Shown: in pieces, positions 15,058 through 31,492 of the stretch
Layout: every line of letters begins with the position of its first letter
Position numbering within the stretch: the stretch's first letter is position 1
Assembly: GCF_009914755.1 (NCBI RefSeq)
Contig: NC_060929.1
Length of the DNA stretch: 64,000 nucleotides
Reading direction: 5' to 3' (one strand)
Source of the DNA: the human T2T-CHM13v2.0 reference genome, Homo sapiens
Notes under the pieces: model-generated
Database searches by the model: none
What the model was told of the DNA's origin: nothing
The model's input: the letters and a program-made list of their open reading frames with translations, nothing else
Made by a program: the position numbers and the translations under genes

Positions 15058-15371
15058 TTTCTTTTTTTCTTTTCTTTCTTTTTTTTTTTTTTAGACAGAG
15101 TCTCACTCTGTTGCCCAGGCTGGAGTGCAGTGGCGTGATCTTGGCTCACTGCAACCTCTGCCTCCCGGGTTCAAGCAATTCTCTCCCTCAGCCTCCCGAG
15201 TAGCTGGGATTACAGGTGCCTACCACCATGCCTGGCTAGTTTTTTTGTATTTTTAGTAGAGACAGGGTTTCACCAACTTGGCCAGGCTGGTCTTGAACTC
15301 CTGACCTCGTGATCCACCCACGTTGGCCTCCCAAATGCTGGTATTACAGGCATGAGCCACCGCGCCCAGCC
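15058..15371 (-). mobile_element. Alu (AluS-type)
   Basis: TSD aagactttc. Confidence 0.95.
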
Positions 15372-15771
15372 AAGACTTTCAAACACACAAAGTGTTCTAT
15401 CAGTTTAATCTTGAAGAAGCCTCCATTGGAGCCTTCTAACCTGCTTCAGGCTAAACTAGTTGCATTCTGGGCCTGCTGACAGTCATTCTCATTCTTGATT
15501 TTTGCAGGAAAAAAAAACTTTCTGGAAGCTTATAGGGTATATTCTTTTTGTTTATTCTGCTGAGCAATTTTTTAATATTGAAACTCACAACTTTCACTTT
15601 GAGAAATTTTCTTGCATGATTTCCTTGAAGTTTTCTGTTCTTAGTTCCATATTTTTATATTTCTGGAATATCTATTATTTAAGTTTAGACCAACTGGGTT
15701 GGTTCTCTGAGTTGCTTATATTTCTGTACTCTTTTTCTCTTTTTGCCTTCTTGTTATTTTGTGTTTTCTTC

Positions 15772-16176
15772 TGTCTTAGTCCATTTAGTGTTGCCATAAA
15801 GGAAGACCTGAGGCTGGGCAGTTTATAAAGAAAAAGTTTATTTGGCTCATGACTGTGATGTCTAGAAAAGTTCAAGACTGGGCATCTGCATCTGATGAGG
15901 GCCACAGACTGCTTCCACCCAAGGCAGGAGGTGAAGGGAGTCAGAGTATGCAGCTCACAGGGGAGAGCGGAAGCAAGAGAGAGAAGGGGAGTGCCAGGAT
16001 CTTTTAAACAATCAGCTCTTGTAGGAGCTAATGGAGTGAGAAATCACTCGTTACCTCGCAGATGGCACGAGGGCTCTGCCCTCATGGCCCAAACACCTTT
16101 CATTAGCCCCCCTCCAACAATGGGGATCAAATCTCAACATAAGATTTGGAGGGAGTCAAATAAAGCAAACTACATC
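15772..16176 (-). mobile_element. MST-family MaLR LTR
   Basis: tgtcttagtccattt..acctgaggctggg..tttataaagaaaa..tttatttggctca ... atctcaacataagatttggaggg. Confidence 0.85.
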
Positions 16177-16289
16177 ACCCTCAATTTTATCTTCCAAACT
16201 TTCTATTGGGTTTTTCATTTCTCTTATCATTTAAGAAGGTTCTAGCAGATCTTTTTGCATGTTAAATTTAAGAAAAAAATTTTTAATTC

Positions 16290-16616
16290 TTTTTCTTGTT
16301 TTTTTATTTATTTTTTATTTTATTTTAGACTGGGTCTTGCTCTGTCTTTCAGGCTGGAGTGCATTGCAGAAGTGTGAACACAGCTCACTGCAGCCTCGAC
16401 CTCCGGGGCTCAAGTGATATTCCCACCTCAGCCTCCCAAGTAGCTCGGACCACAGGTGTACACCACCACACTCACCTAATTTTTAAGTTTTTTGTAGAGA
16501 TGGGTCTTGCTATGTTGTCCAGGCTGGTCTCAAACTTCTGGGCTCAAGCAGTTGTCCCGTGTTGGTCTCCCAAAGTGCTAAGATTGGAGGCACAAGTGAG
16601 CCACCGCACTGGGCCC
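16290..16616 (-). mobile_element. Alu (AluJ-like)
   Basis: Antisense Alu, cagctcactgcagcctcgacctcc. Confidence 0.92.
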
Positions 16617-16790
16617 AGAAAAAAATATTTTTCTTGTTTCGTGAATGCCATATCTTCAGTAATACCTCTGAGAATGTCACTAATAGTTTCTTTTCAATTT
16701 CTCCTTCCATCAGTCTTCTTTCTCCCCGATGCTTTTCAATATTTTCAACATATCTATTTTGGTTCCTTGTATTAGATAATGTTTAGTTAA

Positions 16791-17145
<355 letters not shown>

Positions 17146-17949
17146 AACTTTGGTTTGCTATTTAGGGTGAACCAACTGGGCTCTTTCCTTGGGGGTTCCC
17201 TAATGGTAGTATTTTTTTTTTCTTTTTTGGACTGGTTAGATTCTCAGAGAAGACTCTTTCAATTTCCTGTTTGGAGTATGTTTGTCTGTCTGCTCATGTT
17301 CAAGATACTGTGTGGAGGAAGAGGAATGGGGTTTTCAATATTTAGAATGTATAATTTAAGTAATCCTTCTGTTTTCAGTATGATTTCCCACCCTTAACTA
17401 TAGTTGGTGTCCCAAATACAATGACTTTTTAAAAAATGTTTCCAATGAATAAATTGCCAGTATTCTGCCAATTTTCAGGAAAGGCAGTTGCCCACTGTGC
17501 CAAGCAGGGGAGGTAACCTGGGATCTAACTGCTTCTTAAACAGACTCTCAACTAATCTGCCCACGTGTGGCCTTATCTTCACTCCCACTTCCAGAGATAG
17601 TAGTACCGTCTCCACAAGTGTTGTAGACAATCTGCTGTGCACGTCACACTGCTTCTCCTAAGTCCCACTGCGGACTTAGGATTCAGCTTTCTTGAGTCTA
17701 TTATACCAATGACCTCGAGTCTATTACACCAATGACTTCTTATCTATTTACTTTCCAGTGTCCAACTTTTTTTTTGGCAGTTGTCTTCTTTCTCATTTTC
17801 TTTGTCCCTGTAGGCTTATGCTTTAAATATTCTTTTATTATTATTGTAAGATTAAGTTTTGGGAGAGAATGGAGCTGATGTAAACAACCAATCTCCTATT
17901 TTAGGGGGAAGTCTCCAGGGCAGGGATTCTGAATGAAGATCTGAGGACT

Positions 17950-18120
17950 CCTCGGAGAGCCAGGGATGTGCTGGGGGCGAGGGGGTGTCTTTGTACCCCC
18001 GACACTGTATGTAAACATTTGTGTCTTTATGTGCATATTCCCACCCTTACTAAGTCTACAGCTTTTATCAAATTCCCAAAGGCATCTGTGACCTCTTCTA
18101 AAATTAAGTACCATTTCTCT
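17950..18120. mobile_element. hAT-Charlie-like DNA transposon fragment
   Basis: cagcttttatcaaattcccaaaggcatctgtgacc...aaaattaagtaccat motif. Confidence 0.45.
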
Positions 18121-18821
18121 AGATGCCAAGTAATATGTTACATTGGGAAGAAATATCACAGGCTTGAAGATATTCAAGTTTAGGAAAACAGCAGACCAAC
18201 CCCACACTCATCAAGCCTGCTAATAAATGCAGGTTCCAATCACAGGGATCAAACAGCCCTTGAAAACCAATGTATTCCCATTTATTGTGCCACATAGTAC
18301 ATAATTCTCACACGGGTCCAAAGAAACACTGCAATATCCTTGAATAGCCACACACTGGGCACTGGGCAGCAGAGTGGTGCAGATTGAGGTGAACCAGTTA
18401 GTATGTGCCTGGCTTTAAGGGGGCAGAAGTTACTCAGCATCAGCTGGTAATTGCTGTGTGGAGACATAAGCAGAAAGTGAGCAAATCTGATTTTTCCTGA
18501 GAAGCTGGCAATTTAGACTTCTAAAATGTGATATCACCTTATCTCTCTTACCATAAAATAAAAATTTAAAAATCACGTGGGTCAAACTAAACACATATAT
18601 GAGCCAGGTGTAGCTCACAGATCACAAATATATGATATTTGATCCAATGCAATCTTTTTTCTTTTGCACGTTGGGAGCCTGCAGCTCAGAATGAGGAATT
18701 GCCCATGTTCAGCCTTTGCCATTCTAATAGGTTCTAGGCTGGCTCTTGGGTCCCTGAAGGCAGCTCTGGATCTTTCTTGTATAGACCAAAGGGTAGAAAT
18801 CCATGGCATTGGAGTACAGGG

Positions 18822-18906
18822 TGTGTGTGTGTGTGTGAGTGTGTGAGTGTGTGTGTGTGTGAAAGAGAGAGAAAGAGGGGGAGAGAGAGAGAGAGAGAGA
18901 GAGAGA
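18822..18906. repeat. Compound (GT)n(GA)n microsatellite
   Basis: Directly visible. Confidence 0.95.
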
Positions 18907-19085
18907 AGTAGACTATTTGGGGAAGATGGTGGGCTCTGGTGAGGAGATAAGATGAAGAAAGAGTATTGGCTTTGGTCCTGATAGCTAGCCTTCTCAGGGT
19001 TTGCTGGAAGAGTTATAAACAATTCAGTAGGGGTTGGGGACAGTGAGGGAAGCAACAATGGTGAGTAATTTTAAAAGATTCCAGA

Positions 19086-19390
<305 letters not shown>

Positions 19391-19404
19391 GATTCTAGAA
19401 AGGC

Positions 19405-19552
19405 CTAGTGCTGTCCAGTAAAACTTTCTGAGATTATGGAAATGTTTTGTATTTGCACTATCCAGTATGGTAGCTACCAGGCACATGTGGCTATTGAGCA
19501 CTTGAAATGTGGCTAATGCAACTGAGGAATTGGATTTTTAATTTAATTTAAC
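19405..19552 (+). mobile_element. MER3 (hAT-Charlie)
   Basis: gctgtccagtaaaactttctg..tggaaatgtt..cacatgtggctattgagcacttgaaatgtggcta. Confidence 0.85.
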
Positions 19553-20146
19553 TTATCCAATATATCTTAAAGAGTGTTATGTCATCTTCTATGGGTAGTA
19601 TGTAGATAATTAAGTGGGTATGTAGAATAATATGTCTATTTTTATAGCTCTACCCACCCGCCTATATACACACACACATGCTTGTATCTTGAGTGCATAA
19701 TTTCATGGATATTGTTGACTGGTTGAGACCAAGTTTTAAAAGGGAGTAATTAAAGAAAAATGTTTAGTAAATACATTCAATAAATAGTATGTGGGTTGTA
19801 CATACAATTGGCAAATATCAAAAAGGTCATAAAATGACTGACATTTTGGAATAAATGAGCTATATAGATATTTATCAAATTGCATCCATGCACCACTGGT
19901 AACTCTAGACATACTGTTTTACCACAGAAAATATCCCATGGACAAATAAAATAAACTTGGGAAATTTTCAGAGTACTTTTTTGGTTGTTGTTGCTGCTTG
20001 TTTTAACTGCAAAACTTTTTAGTCTTTTCAAAATGGAGCATTTCTCAAACATATTTGACCAAACGGTAACCTCTTCCCCCCTCTTTTTTTTTCTTAATAA
20101 CCATGATTCCAGGGATGCTAGTTTTTCTCAGAACCCAGTTTAGGAA

Positions 20147-20375
20147 ACAATGTGGCAAACTTTTTCTGTAACCAGCTAAATGGTAAATATTTCAGGGTTT
20201 GTGGCCATAAATTTTTGTTGCAACTACTTAAGTCTACCATTGCAGTGCAGAAGCAACCATAGACAATACAGAAATAAGTGGGCAAATGGGCATCGCTGTG
20301 GTCCTGTAACACTTTATTTATAAAAACAGGCAGCAGGCCAGCTTTGGTTGTCAGGTCATAGTTTGCAGACCCTTG
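20147..20375 (-). mobile_element. MER58A (hAT-Charlie)
   Basis: ggcaaactttttctgta ... actttatttataaaaacaggcagcaggcca ... tagtttgcagaccc. Confidence 0.85.
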
Positions 20376-20602
20376 ATCTAGATGTCTTCCAGGGGTCTCC
20401 CAGGTTTTCTGGGTCTTTTCTATCCCAAATCTTTCCTGGTCTTAGATGGTTCTTAGATCTAAGGCTTCTAAAGGCATCCTGAATGCTTTGCCTCTTGTTC
20501 CTTGAGTCATATATGCCCACTTGGGTGATCTTTGGGAGAGAACTTAGCCCTGGATGGTGTGGAGGTGGAATCTTGATTTCCTTGTCTTTCTGACTTTTCT
20601 CT

Positions 20603-20647
20603 TAAACAAAACAAAACAAAACAAAACAAAACAAAACAAAACAAAAC
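20603..20647. repeat. (AAAAC)n microsatellite
   Basis: Directly visible. Confidence 0.95.
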
Positions 20648-20887
20648 ACATCTGTGGCCTACAGACCTTCCCTCAGCAAGCTGTGTCCCTTCTGGTTTTT
20701 AAAAGCCCCTTCAAATGGAGATCAGCATGTTCTTCTACAAGAGGAGTGGGACAGACTCTTAGACAAAACTCTGGGTGAATGAGAAATCTCCATGTAGCCC
20801 AGGCAAACTGTCATTTGAACAATTGAAGAACCATGCTAAATTTTACAAATTGTGTACCAATCCCCTAATGGACTCAGTGAGGAGCAG

Positions 20888-21077
20888 AGCTGTTGAAACT
20901 TTCCTGTGACTCATGGTCTGTGTAGGGTTGTCTTTTGACAGTACCGTGCCCTACTGAGACCGAGGCTAAACCCAGTGTGGAGTGGCTAAGATGGCACTGG
21001 GCAGCTCCAGGGCCCTGGGAAGTGGAGGAGAATGTTCTTTTGAGGACTGATTATTCAGTTAGTCAGAAACACTTGCT
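20888..21077 (+). repeat. 190-bp non-repeat-looking segment duplicated at 25368-25557 (donor copy)
   Basis: Ungapped alignment at offset 4480; 14 mismatches in 190 by hand count. Confidence 0.95.
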
Positions 21078-21253
21078 AAGAAATGTAGCCTCAGATCTCG
21101 GTTGGCCACTGCCAAACTATAAAAATAGATTTAAAAAGGGAAGAGGATGTGGCAGAGGGAGAAGTGCTGCAAAAAACATTTGACTAGTTTCTAGTTTTGC
21201 CAAACACTAACCTGAATTTGATTTCGTGGCAACGTGAAAGTTGGGGGAGTGCA

Positions 21254-21495
21254 GCTGGGTGCGGTGGCTCACGCCTGTAATCTCAGAACTTTGGGAGGCC
21301 AAGGCAGGTGGATTACTTGAGGTCAGGAGTTTGAGACCAGTCTGGCCAACATAGTGAAACCCTGTCTCTACTAAAAATATAAAAATTAGCTAGGTGTGGT
21401 GGTGCATGCCTGTAATCCCAGCTACTCCAGAGGCTGAGGCAGGAGAACCCAGCAGGCAGAGATTATAGTGAGCAGAGTTTGTGCCACTGCTCTTC
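21254..21495 (+). mobile_element. Alu, 3'-truncated
   Basis: Alu body ends at gtgccactgctcttcag with no tail. Confidence 0.92.
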
Positions 21496-21739
21496 AGTTT
21501 TAACTGAAGCATGCGGAGAGATGAGGCAGTTCCCAAATAATCTAGAGAGTTATAGATCATAATGCACAGAAGAAGGAGATGAAGGGTGGTATGACAGAAA
21601 GTCACTGCCAGGGTTAGAAGTACCCACTGTAGCTAGGGTTAAAAGAGATGGGCTCTCTGAGGAAGTGACATTTAAGCTGGAGGATGAAGGAATAAAGGAG
21701 CCAGCTTTTAGGGATTCAGTCTTTACCATAAGCCACAGA

Positions 21740-22364
<625 letters not shown>

Positions 22365-23454
22365 TGAATATAAGCAAAGCACTCAGCCTGACTTGACATA
22401 CAGCAGATGCTTTTAAATGTCAGCCCTGCTCTTAGTCCCACTCTCCCATGTCTGATCTTTCAGGGTGACTTCCCTGGAGTCTTCAGGGCAAGCCACTAGA
22501 GAGCAGGCCCCCAAGCCTCAATCCTGAAGGGTCTTATGGGTTTCTACATTGAAATAAATCTATATGAAATGGAAATGGTTCTGCAGCTGGAACTCCACCC
22601 CTTCATCACGGCAGCCTGGCAAAGGGGCAAGGGAAGTAGGGATGAGATGAGGGCAGGAAGACATGAATCCTTACGTAGACTTCCAGGAGAGCTCAACAGA
22701 ATGTTGGAGGGATGAAAAGTGATTCCACAGGCTAGGACTCTTAAGGCAGGTTTTTAACCCTGCTCTGTCCTCACCTCCCCTTCCCACTCTGGCATGCTCC
22801 TAATCCCATCTCCTGCTCTGCATCTCCCGAGAACTGATGCCTCAGAGATGAAAGCCAAGAAAACTCAACAAGCCATCGGCGGTGCTCACTCAATTGATTT
22901 TTACACAAAATTTGCCTTCATGCACGAACGATGGAAAAATGATCCCATAAATAATGAATAACAAATACAAATGCAGGGAGGAAATCAATAGTCACACACT
23001 TGATACTGCAGGGAGATGGGAGAGGAAAATATGGAGCCCATTCCAACTAAACGGCACCCCGGGGAACCCCTTTCTAGCTCTTCCTGCTGAGGAGGGAGAG
23101 GCACATCTTGCCCTGGCAAGCCCCCAGAGCCAGTGAATCGAATCCCTGCTGGGGAGACTGGAAGAATTGAGTCTTAGGAGCCTCTGGCTTCAGTAGACCT
23201 TAGGGAGGCCTGGACTTTTCCCAGTGTTGGAGTAGATCTCAAGACATTGGAACCACAGGCCCCTCAAGGGGTGCTCTAAATTCTAGCCCACAGACAAAGA
23301 TACATACCCTTTCTCAGAGCCATCTATGACCTCAGGAGCTAGAGCAGTCTTTCACAGCTGCCAAAAGGCTTCCATGCTCTCTCCCGGGTTCCTCCCTTTA
23401 TCTAATCACAGCAGTTGCCCCCGGATCTGGTTACTCACTCAGCTGCAACAAAGG

Positions 23455-23600
23455 CCCCCAGTGTGGTGTGGGGGTAGGGGTTTGAACCCATTTACTCTCC
23501 CTATGTGACTTTTGGTAAGTCACTTAATCTTTCTGAGCTTTAGTTTCCTCCTCTGTAAAATGGGACAAATAAAATCTCTTTACTATGGGACTTGTGAAAA
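23455..23600 (+). mobile_element. MIR SINE
   Basis: tgtgacttttggtaagtcacttaatctttctgagctttagtttcctcctctgtaaaatggg. Confidence 0.75.
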
Positions 23601-23919
23601 TAAAAAAAAATACACACACACAAAACAAAACCCCCCACAAAATCTCTTGTGCTAGTAGGAGGAATAAAATGGCTCCTGCCTTGGCTATAGTAAATGGTCA
23701 AAATAAGCTAAGTAAAATCACCCCCAAATGATATCTGAAATCTGTGGCCTTCCTTCATGCCCGCTGCCACTGAGTTCACCACCTCATGACTGGTGTGGGC
23801 AATAGCCTCTGAATTAGTCTCTCTGCCTCTGGTCTCTTTCCTCCTGGTTCTTGATCCTCACAGTCCTCACGCTCCTGAATAACATGTCTGATTCTGTCAT
23901 ACCTCTTTTTAAAAAAGTT

Positions 23920-24580
23920 TTAATTGTATTCAATTTCTTTGACTAGGTGTTACATTCACATAGTTTAAAATTGAAGAGATGCATAATGGAATACAGCGAA
24001 AATTCTTCTTTCTACTCTTCCCATCCACCCAGAGCTATTATCAATGTCTTTGTGTATCTTTCCAGGGATGTTTTATTAATTATAAGAATATATTTGCTCA
24101 TATACATGTTTATGTATGTGTATATAAATATATATTTATGCATTTGTGTTTTCATGTTTTCTTTTTCTCTCTAGATGGTAACAATCTATGCATACCATTC
24201 TATACTTTCCTTATTACACTTGTTATATCTTGGAGTTTATTCCCTGTCAGTATATAAGGAATTCACTGATTTTTTTGACAATTACCCATTGTATTCCATT
24301 CTACGGATGTACCATAATTTATTTAACTAATCCCTGTTAATAGAATTGAGTTTTGTTTTTTCCAGTCTTTTGCTTTTGTGAGCAATGCTATTATAACTAT
24401 TCTTGTACCTAGGTACTTTTACAATATATCGATAGGATAAATTCCTAAATGTATAATATAACTGCCATGTCAAAGGGAATGTACATTTTTCTTCTGGTAG
24501 ATATTGCCAATTTGTGCTCCATAAAGGTTATGCCTTGAGTGCACTCACCAGTAATGTGTGAAACTGCCTACTCCCCCCAC
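23920..24580 (-). mobile_element. L1ME-like 3' fragment
   Basis: tattccattctacggatgtaccataatttatttaac, gataaattccta, tagatattgccaa. Confidence 0.7.
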
Positions 24581-25242
24581 TCTGGCCAACACTCCCAGGA
24601 AATCTGAAGCATGTTACACAAGTTCCTTTACCTATCTTTTCAGCCTCCACTCCACTTATACTTGGCAGGAACTCTGCTCCAAACACTCAGAAGTATCACT
24701 GTATCCCCATTGTGTCATACTCTCCAGCTGCTCTAGCTCACATGCTGTTCCCTCCAACCATCCTTCAAGTCCTTGCCTAAATGCAACTGCCTGTGTATTA
24801 CTTCCCTGTCTTCCCTAGGCTGAATCAGTCAGTAGCTCCTTTCTCTGTTCTCCCACAGTCTTGTGTACATGCGATTTCTATAGCACTTAGCATACTTGTA
24901 ATATTTGTTTACCTGCTTACATTCTAGGTCTTATTCTTCTCTGTATGTCCTCAGTGAGAACTGTAAGCTCTGAATTAATACACACTGGATGGACATGCAA
25001 GGCACTATACTAAATCCTGTTGGGGCAACAATGATGAAAAAGGTAGGATCCTTGCTCTTGAGGAACTGGCAGAACTTTTAGAACTCCCTGGCTCTGAATA
25101 AGCGGATACCTGTTCATTTTAATAATTTCTATAGCTGTCACAGAATTCACATGAATCTTGCCATAAATTATATACAGAGGTGAGAGAATGCATCTGCACC
25201 CTGGAGAGAAGAGATCACACACCCAAGCCTATCGCAATCTTT

Positions 25243-25731
<489 letters not shown>

Positions 25732-25756
25732 TCCCGATGTTAAATAAGCCAGCCAG

Positions 25757-26062
25757 CCTTCCTTCCTTCCTTCCTTCCTTCCTTCCTCCCTTCCTTCCTT
25801 CCTTCCTTCCTCTCTTTCTCCCTGCCTCCATCATTTCCTTCTTCCCTCCCTCCCTCCCTTTCTCTTTCTCCCTTCCCTCCCTCCTTCCCTGTTTCTCTCT
25901 CCTTCCTTCTTTCCTTCCTTCCTTCCTTCTTTCCCTCCCTCCCTCCCTCCCTCCCTCCCTCCCTCCTTCCTTCCTTCCTTCCTTCCTTCCTTCCTTCCTT
26001 CCTTCCCTCCTTCCCTCCTTCCTTCCCTCCTTCCCTCCTTCCATTTTACTTTCTTTCCTTCC
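25757..26062. repeat. Long (CCTT)/(CCCT) polypyrimidine tract
   Basis: About 300 bp, almost purine-free. Confidence 0.95.
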
Positions 26063-26943
26063 AAACAGGTGAGGAAAAGAATGACTTTGCCAAAGCAAAT
26101 AGGCAACTTTGAAATGTCAAGTGCATGACAATAACACATTGTTCAGCTCTCTGCTTCTCAGAGGACGTATTTCATCATAAGGCCAAACCAGTTAGTCAGA
26201 TGCCAAGAAGTGATAGCAAGCACAGTTTATAGTTCAAGAAACCATGCAAGGAAGGAGAAAAAGTTGAGATGAAAAAGAAGCAAATACTGAAAAGTTAAGC
26301 TTGAGTATGCTGGGACCAATCACTGAACTAAGCTAGAAGAGAATTTTGAGCTTCTCATTCTCTTGACTACCTGATTTGAAAGCCCAAACCTATCAGAGGA
26401 GCCTGATCCTTAATGTGGATTATTATTTTATAAATTATTAAGAAGGGCAATATCTCTCCATTTACTGAATGTCATAACAAAAGAGATAGGAGGGAAACCA
26501 AGACATTGTCTACCCAAAGAGCCCCGCATTTGGACAGTGTAAAGTCACTAAATAATTCAGCAGCTATTTGAAAGTATAGTGTTTTGTAATTTCGACAGAG
26601 CCATCTTAGTCTGGCTCTCTGTAGTGCAGAATTTTAAAAAGATGCTCGTCTTCGTGAAGATCTATTTCTAGGAGAAATGAGGGTTGGTAGAAACGCTGGT
26701 CAGGAGAAAGAGGGCTGTCTAATTAGAGAGGTTTGTGTTTACTCTGATTTTAAATTTTCATGCAACTGCTGAGTCTAACCATTTTCTAGTAATATCTTTT
26801 ATTTCTTTCTCTGTGCCCACACGTTTGTGCTATGACGGTACCTGTCTGTGTCCTGTATGCCCATGGAAAGGGAAACCGTTGTGTATGAGGTGACTGTTAC
26901 TTGCTGACAGAAAGAAGAATGGAGCAAACAAGTGTAGCCATGA

Positions 26944-27434
<491 letters not shown>

Positions 27435-27519
27435 TTATTTATTTCTGACCTCACTATAGAGAGGATTTCATGCAGTTTACCATGGGACAGAAAAACTTAT
27501 AAAATTCTGAGTATGACTG

Positions 27520-27750
27520 GAAGACGGTATAGCATTATAAATAAGAGACCACTGCATTGGTATCTAGGCTCTACCACTCACGGGCTGCATGAACTTGGGC
27601 AGATGACTTAATCTGTGTGCTTCAATTTTCTAATCTTTAAGATGTGAATCATAACCACGCTTACCTCCCAGGGTTTCTGTGAGGATTATGCCAGAAAGTA
27701 ATGTGAAATAGCAGAACAATGCCTGGCACATGGTAAGTTCTCAGTACTAT
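27520..27750 (+). mobile_element. MIR SINE
   Basis: gaacttgggcagatgacttaatc ... gtgaggatta ... gcctggcacatggtaag. Confidence 0.7.
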
Positions 27751-28199
27751 GATGATTCCTTTGTCCTCAGCTCCTCTGGCTCCAACACTTAGGGTAAGTA
27801 AGTAGCTAGTTACAGGGAACAGAGCCCTGTGTTTAATGTGTCTATTGAGTGAGAGCCTTCTGCAAGTACTTATTGGCAAGACAGACTTCTGTGGATGAGT
27901 TATGTAAGTGGCATCCCAGAGGTCCCGGCATGGATGCAAACCAATTAAGTTAAGCACCTACCGCAATCACAAGTGCAACCCATAGGTTTAAGAGTGGGAA
28001 GAGAGTACATGTGAACTTGGCTCTGTACTACTTTGCTTTGTCAAATCTATTAGAAATATAGCCAATGAATTCTTCACTCTAGTTCTAAATTTTGGAGCAC
28101 TTTTTAATCTAATTGGCATAGAGTTCTTGATCTACCTCTTATTAGCTGGACAACCTTTTAAAATACTCTCTAAGACGCCATTTACTCATCTGTATAAAA

Positions 28200-28800
28200 A
28201 AAGTTTAATGCAGGAATCAGAAATCACCATAGGAATTTTGAGGCACAAAGGGAGTTAATACTGGAATTAAGTACTTTAAAAATTATTGGAAGGGCTGAAG
28301 GCAGGACTCTAGATTGAGTATGTAGAAATGACTCCTGAAACATCGCAGATAATCATGTGACCTTTGTCACAATCAGGATGGTGAGGAACCAGCAGCTTGC
28401 CACTGGAGTACCTGAGGTCCAGAACACACCATCTCAGGGACTATTCGGACTATTCGGACATCAGCCTCCACTGCCACTCCAATTATCTGGACACTGGACC
28501 ACTGAAATCAGTTGCCAACACTGCTACAAATGCCTCTGAAAGCTGGAGATGAGACATTAGTATCTCCATAATTTTTCTTGCAAAGTGAAAAACAACAAAC
28601 ATAGCAGAAAATTGCCCTTTCTCTCATTTCTACCTCCTGAATCTTGCCCAGATGCTTTTACTTCATGGAATCTATCTCACATCTAGACCCTAGCTGCAAG
28701 GAATTCACGAAATGAGCTAGTTTTCTAGCCTTCAGAAAACAGAAAGTTCCCTCAAAGAAGGTGGAAATTGGTGCTAAGTACCAATTGACCATATCCATCC
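28200..28800. mobile_element. Ancient LTR remnant (LTR33/MLT1-like)
   Basis: gaccctagctgcaaggaa..gaaatg..ttttctagcc motif. Confidence 0.4.
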
Positions 28801-29372
28801 CAGAAAGTCATGATTGTAACTACCTTATAGAATTATTGTGGGGATTAAGTAAGATAATAAAATACATTGAACACTACCTAGCAAGTGGGTAATCAATAAA
28901 TTAATTATTTCTACCACTACTACTGCAGTGGGATTCAATACTTCATCTTCTAAAAATACACAAAGGCAATCGTGCTTTCTTCACCTGCCAGGCTAATTTT
29001 GCTGGGGTGGGAGAATTCTCTACTTGGCTCAGAGGCCTCAGTGGCCTCAATAGCTCCCTTCCTACCTGAGGTCATGCTACAGGTGGCTGTTAAAGCCCTC
29101 CTTGTCTATGTGCTAGAGCCTTGGAGAATCCTTCCAGGCCATGCCTCCTCTCCCTCATTCAAAAACCCCTCTCCCTATCCTGAACTCTACAGTTCCCATC
29201 CTGTTGCTTCAGGCCCAATTTCTGATTCTTTGCTTGCCCCCTTCCTAGTGACACTTGAGCCAAATGAATTGCTTGGCTTTATCCCAATTTCATCTCTGGC
29301 TGGTGTTATTCCCGCCCCATATGCAGCCTAGGCCTTGGAACCCTGCTCTAGGAATGCAGCCTAAGATTCCTA

Positions 29373-29759
<387 letters not shown>

Positions 29760-29884
29760 TTACATGTTGAGCTTGGGAGTTGCCCTTTTACTCAGAATCT
29801 TAATAGACATTCTCAACAAAGCTTAGTTATTCTATATTTCAATTGTTTTCAAGATCTTATAAAGTGATAGAATGCTCAGTTAGT

Positions 29885-30040
29885 TCAGGAGTTCTCAAGC
29901 CTGCCTGTGCCTTAGCTCAGCTCAGTTGAATCAGAATCTCAAGGGGGCAGGTGAGGTCTGGCAGTAATATTTTCAAAAGCTGTTGAGGAAGAATAGTTAC
30001 AACGTGTGGGGTACATTGTAGAGTCAAGAACCATAGAGTT
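29885..30040. mobile_element. MER5-like hAT fragment
   Basis: gttctcaa..tgaatcagaatctc..gggg..ttttcaaaagct..aagaacca. Confidence 0.45.
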
Positions 30041-30108
30041 AACTAATCTGACAACCTAAGTAGGGTTGACGTATTAATGTGGGCAAATAACTTTTTTTAA
30101 AAAATTAA

Positions 30109-30406
<298 letters not shown>

Positions 30407-31492
30407 CTTAATGTGTGCAAATGTCTTAATATACTGCTCCTACTAGGACAGTTGTATTTCTCTTTCAGGACTGTCTGCAGACAGTACCATAAGTCAAAAA
30501 GTAAATTAATTATGGCATCTCCAGGCCCCATGGCAGTATAAAGCAATAGGTAAAGTTTTGGGGTGGGACAATATTTTAATATCCCTTGGGTAATATCATT
30601 TAAGCAGGTCACTTTTCCACATATGCAGAGAAGCAGTCTTGGAGGTTAATAGTTACTTATTGATAAAAAATATTTTATTCTGTAAAATGAAATTACACTT
30701 CATTCTTCTGTGTAATCCTGAGCAAGTTACTTAACCTCTCTTAGTTCCCATTTCTTTCTTTATTTAATATGAAGAATAATAGTAGTGACCTCAGAGAGTT
30801 GTACTATGAAAATTATATGTAAAGTACCTGGCACCTTAGAAGTGAAAAATAAATTTGACCTATTACTGGATGATCATTTATTTATTGGCACTGTGTTCAG
30901 AAGCCATTTGAAAACTAGGTGATGTGAGCAGGTAAATAAATTGGATCTTCTCATGTCTGTGATCAATGGAAGAAATTAAAGTGTTCCCTTCCAGGAACCC
31001 CTGGAGTACTACTCAGCATGGAATAACCTTAAAGGAAATTTCCAATAAGGATGACAAGTTTAGGATTACTTACTGGGTTTGTATATCCAAGTCGAACTGC
31101 CCTGCTTGGAAGTTGCAGAGTCAATGGAATAGGTAACATGTTCCGAGTTATTTGCTCCACCACTTTTCACATGAACAAGATTGCCAAGGTTTGTTATATG
31201 AATAAGGCCAACATAGATGCAGAAAGGTGAGGGGTGATGGGAAATCCAAGATGTTCTAAATGCCATACATTCGCCATGGCACGAATGGCAATCCTGAAAA
31301 TTTAGAAACAGCTCACATACAAAAATACCAGGTAGACTATGAAGTGTTTGCTCATTGATTTCATGAGCTATAATGAGCACTTACTGTATGCTGGGCACTG
31401 AGGTAGTGCTATGAAGAAAAAGGTAAGACATAGACCCAGCCCTCAAGAGGACAGGGACCCCTGGGAGACTGACCAAAAAAGAGATAATTATT

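Noticed and set aside
22491-22507. CTCF-like AGCCACTAGAGAGCAG
   Set aside because: Mismatch at a high-information G in the core; too weak without ChIP data
28438-28460. 9-bp tandem duplication ggactattc (similar short duplications at 2053, 7727 and 32326)
   Set aside because: Ordinary slippage-type duplications
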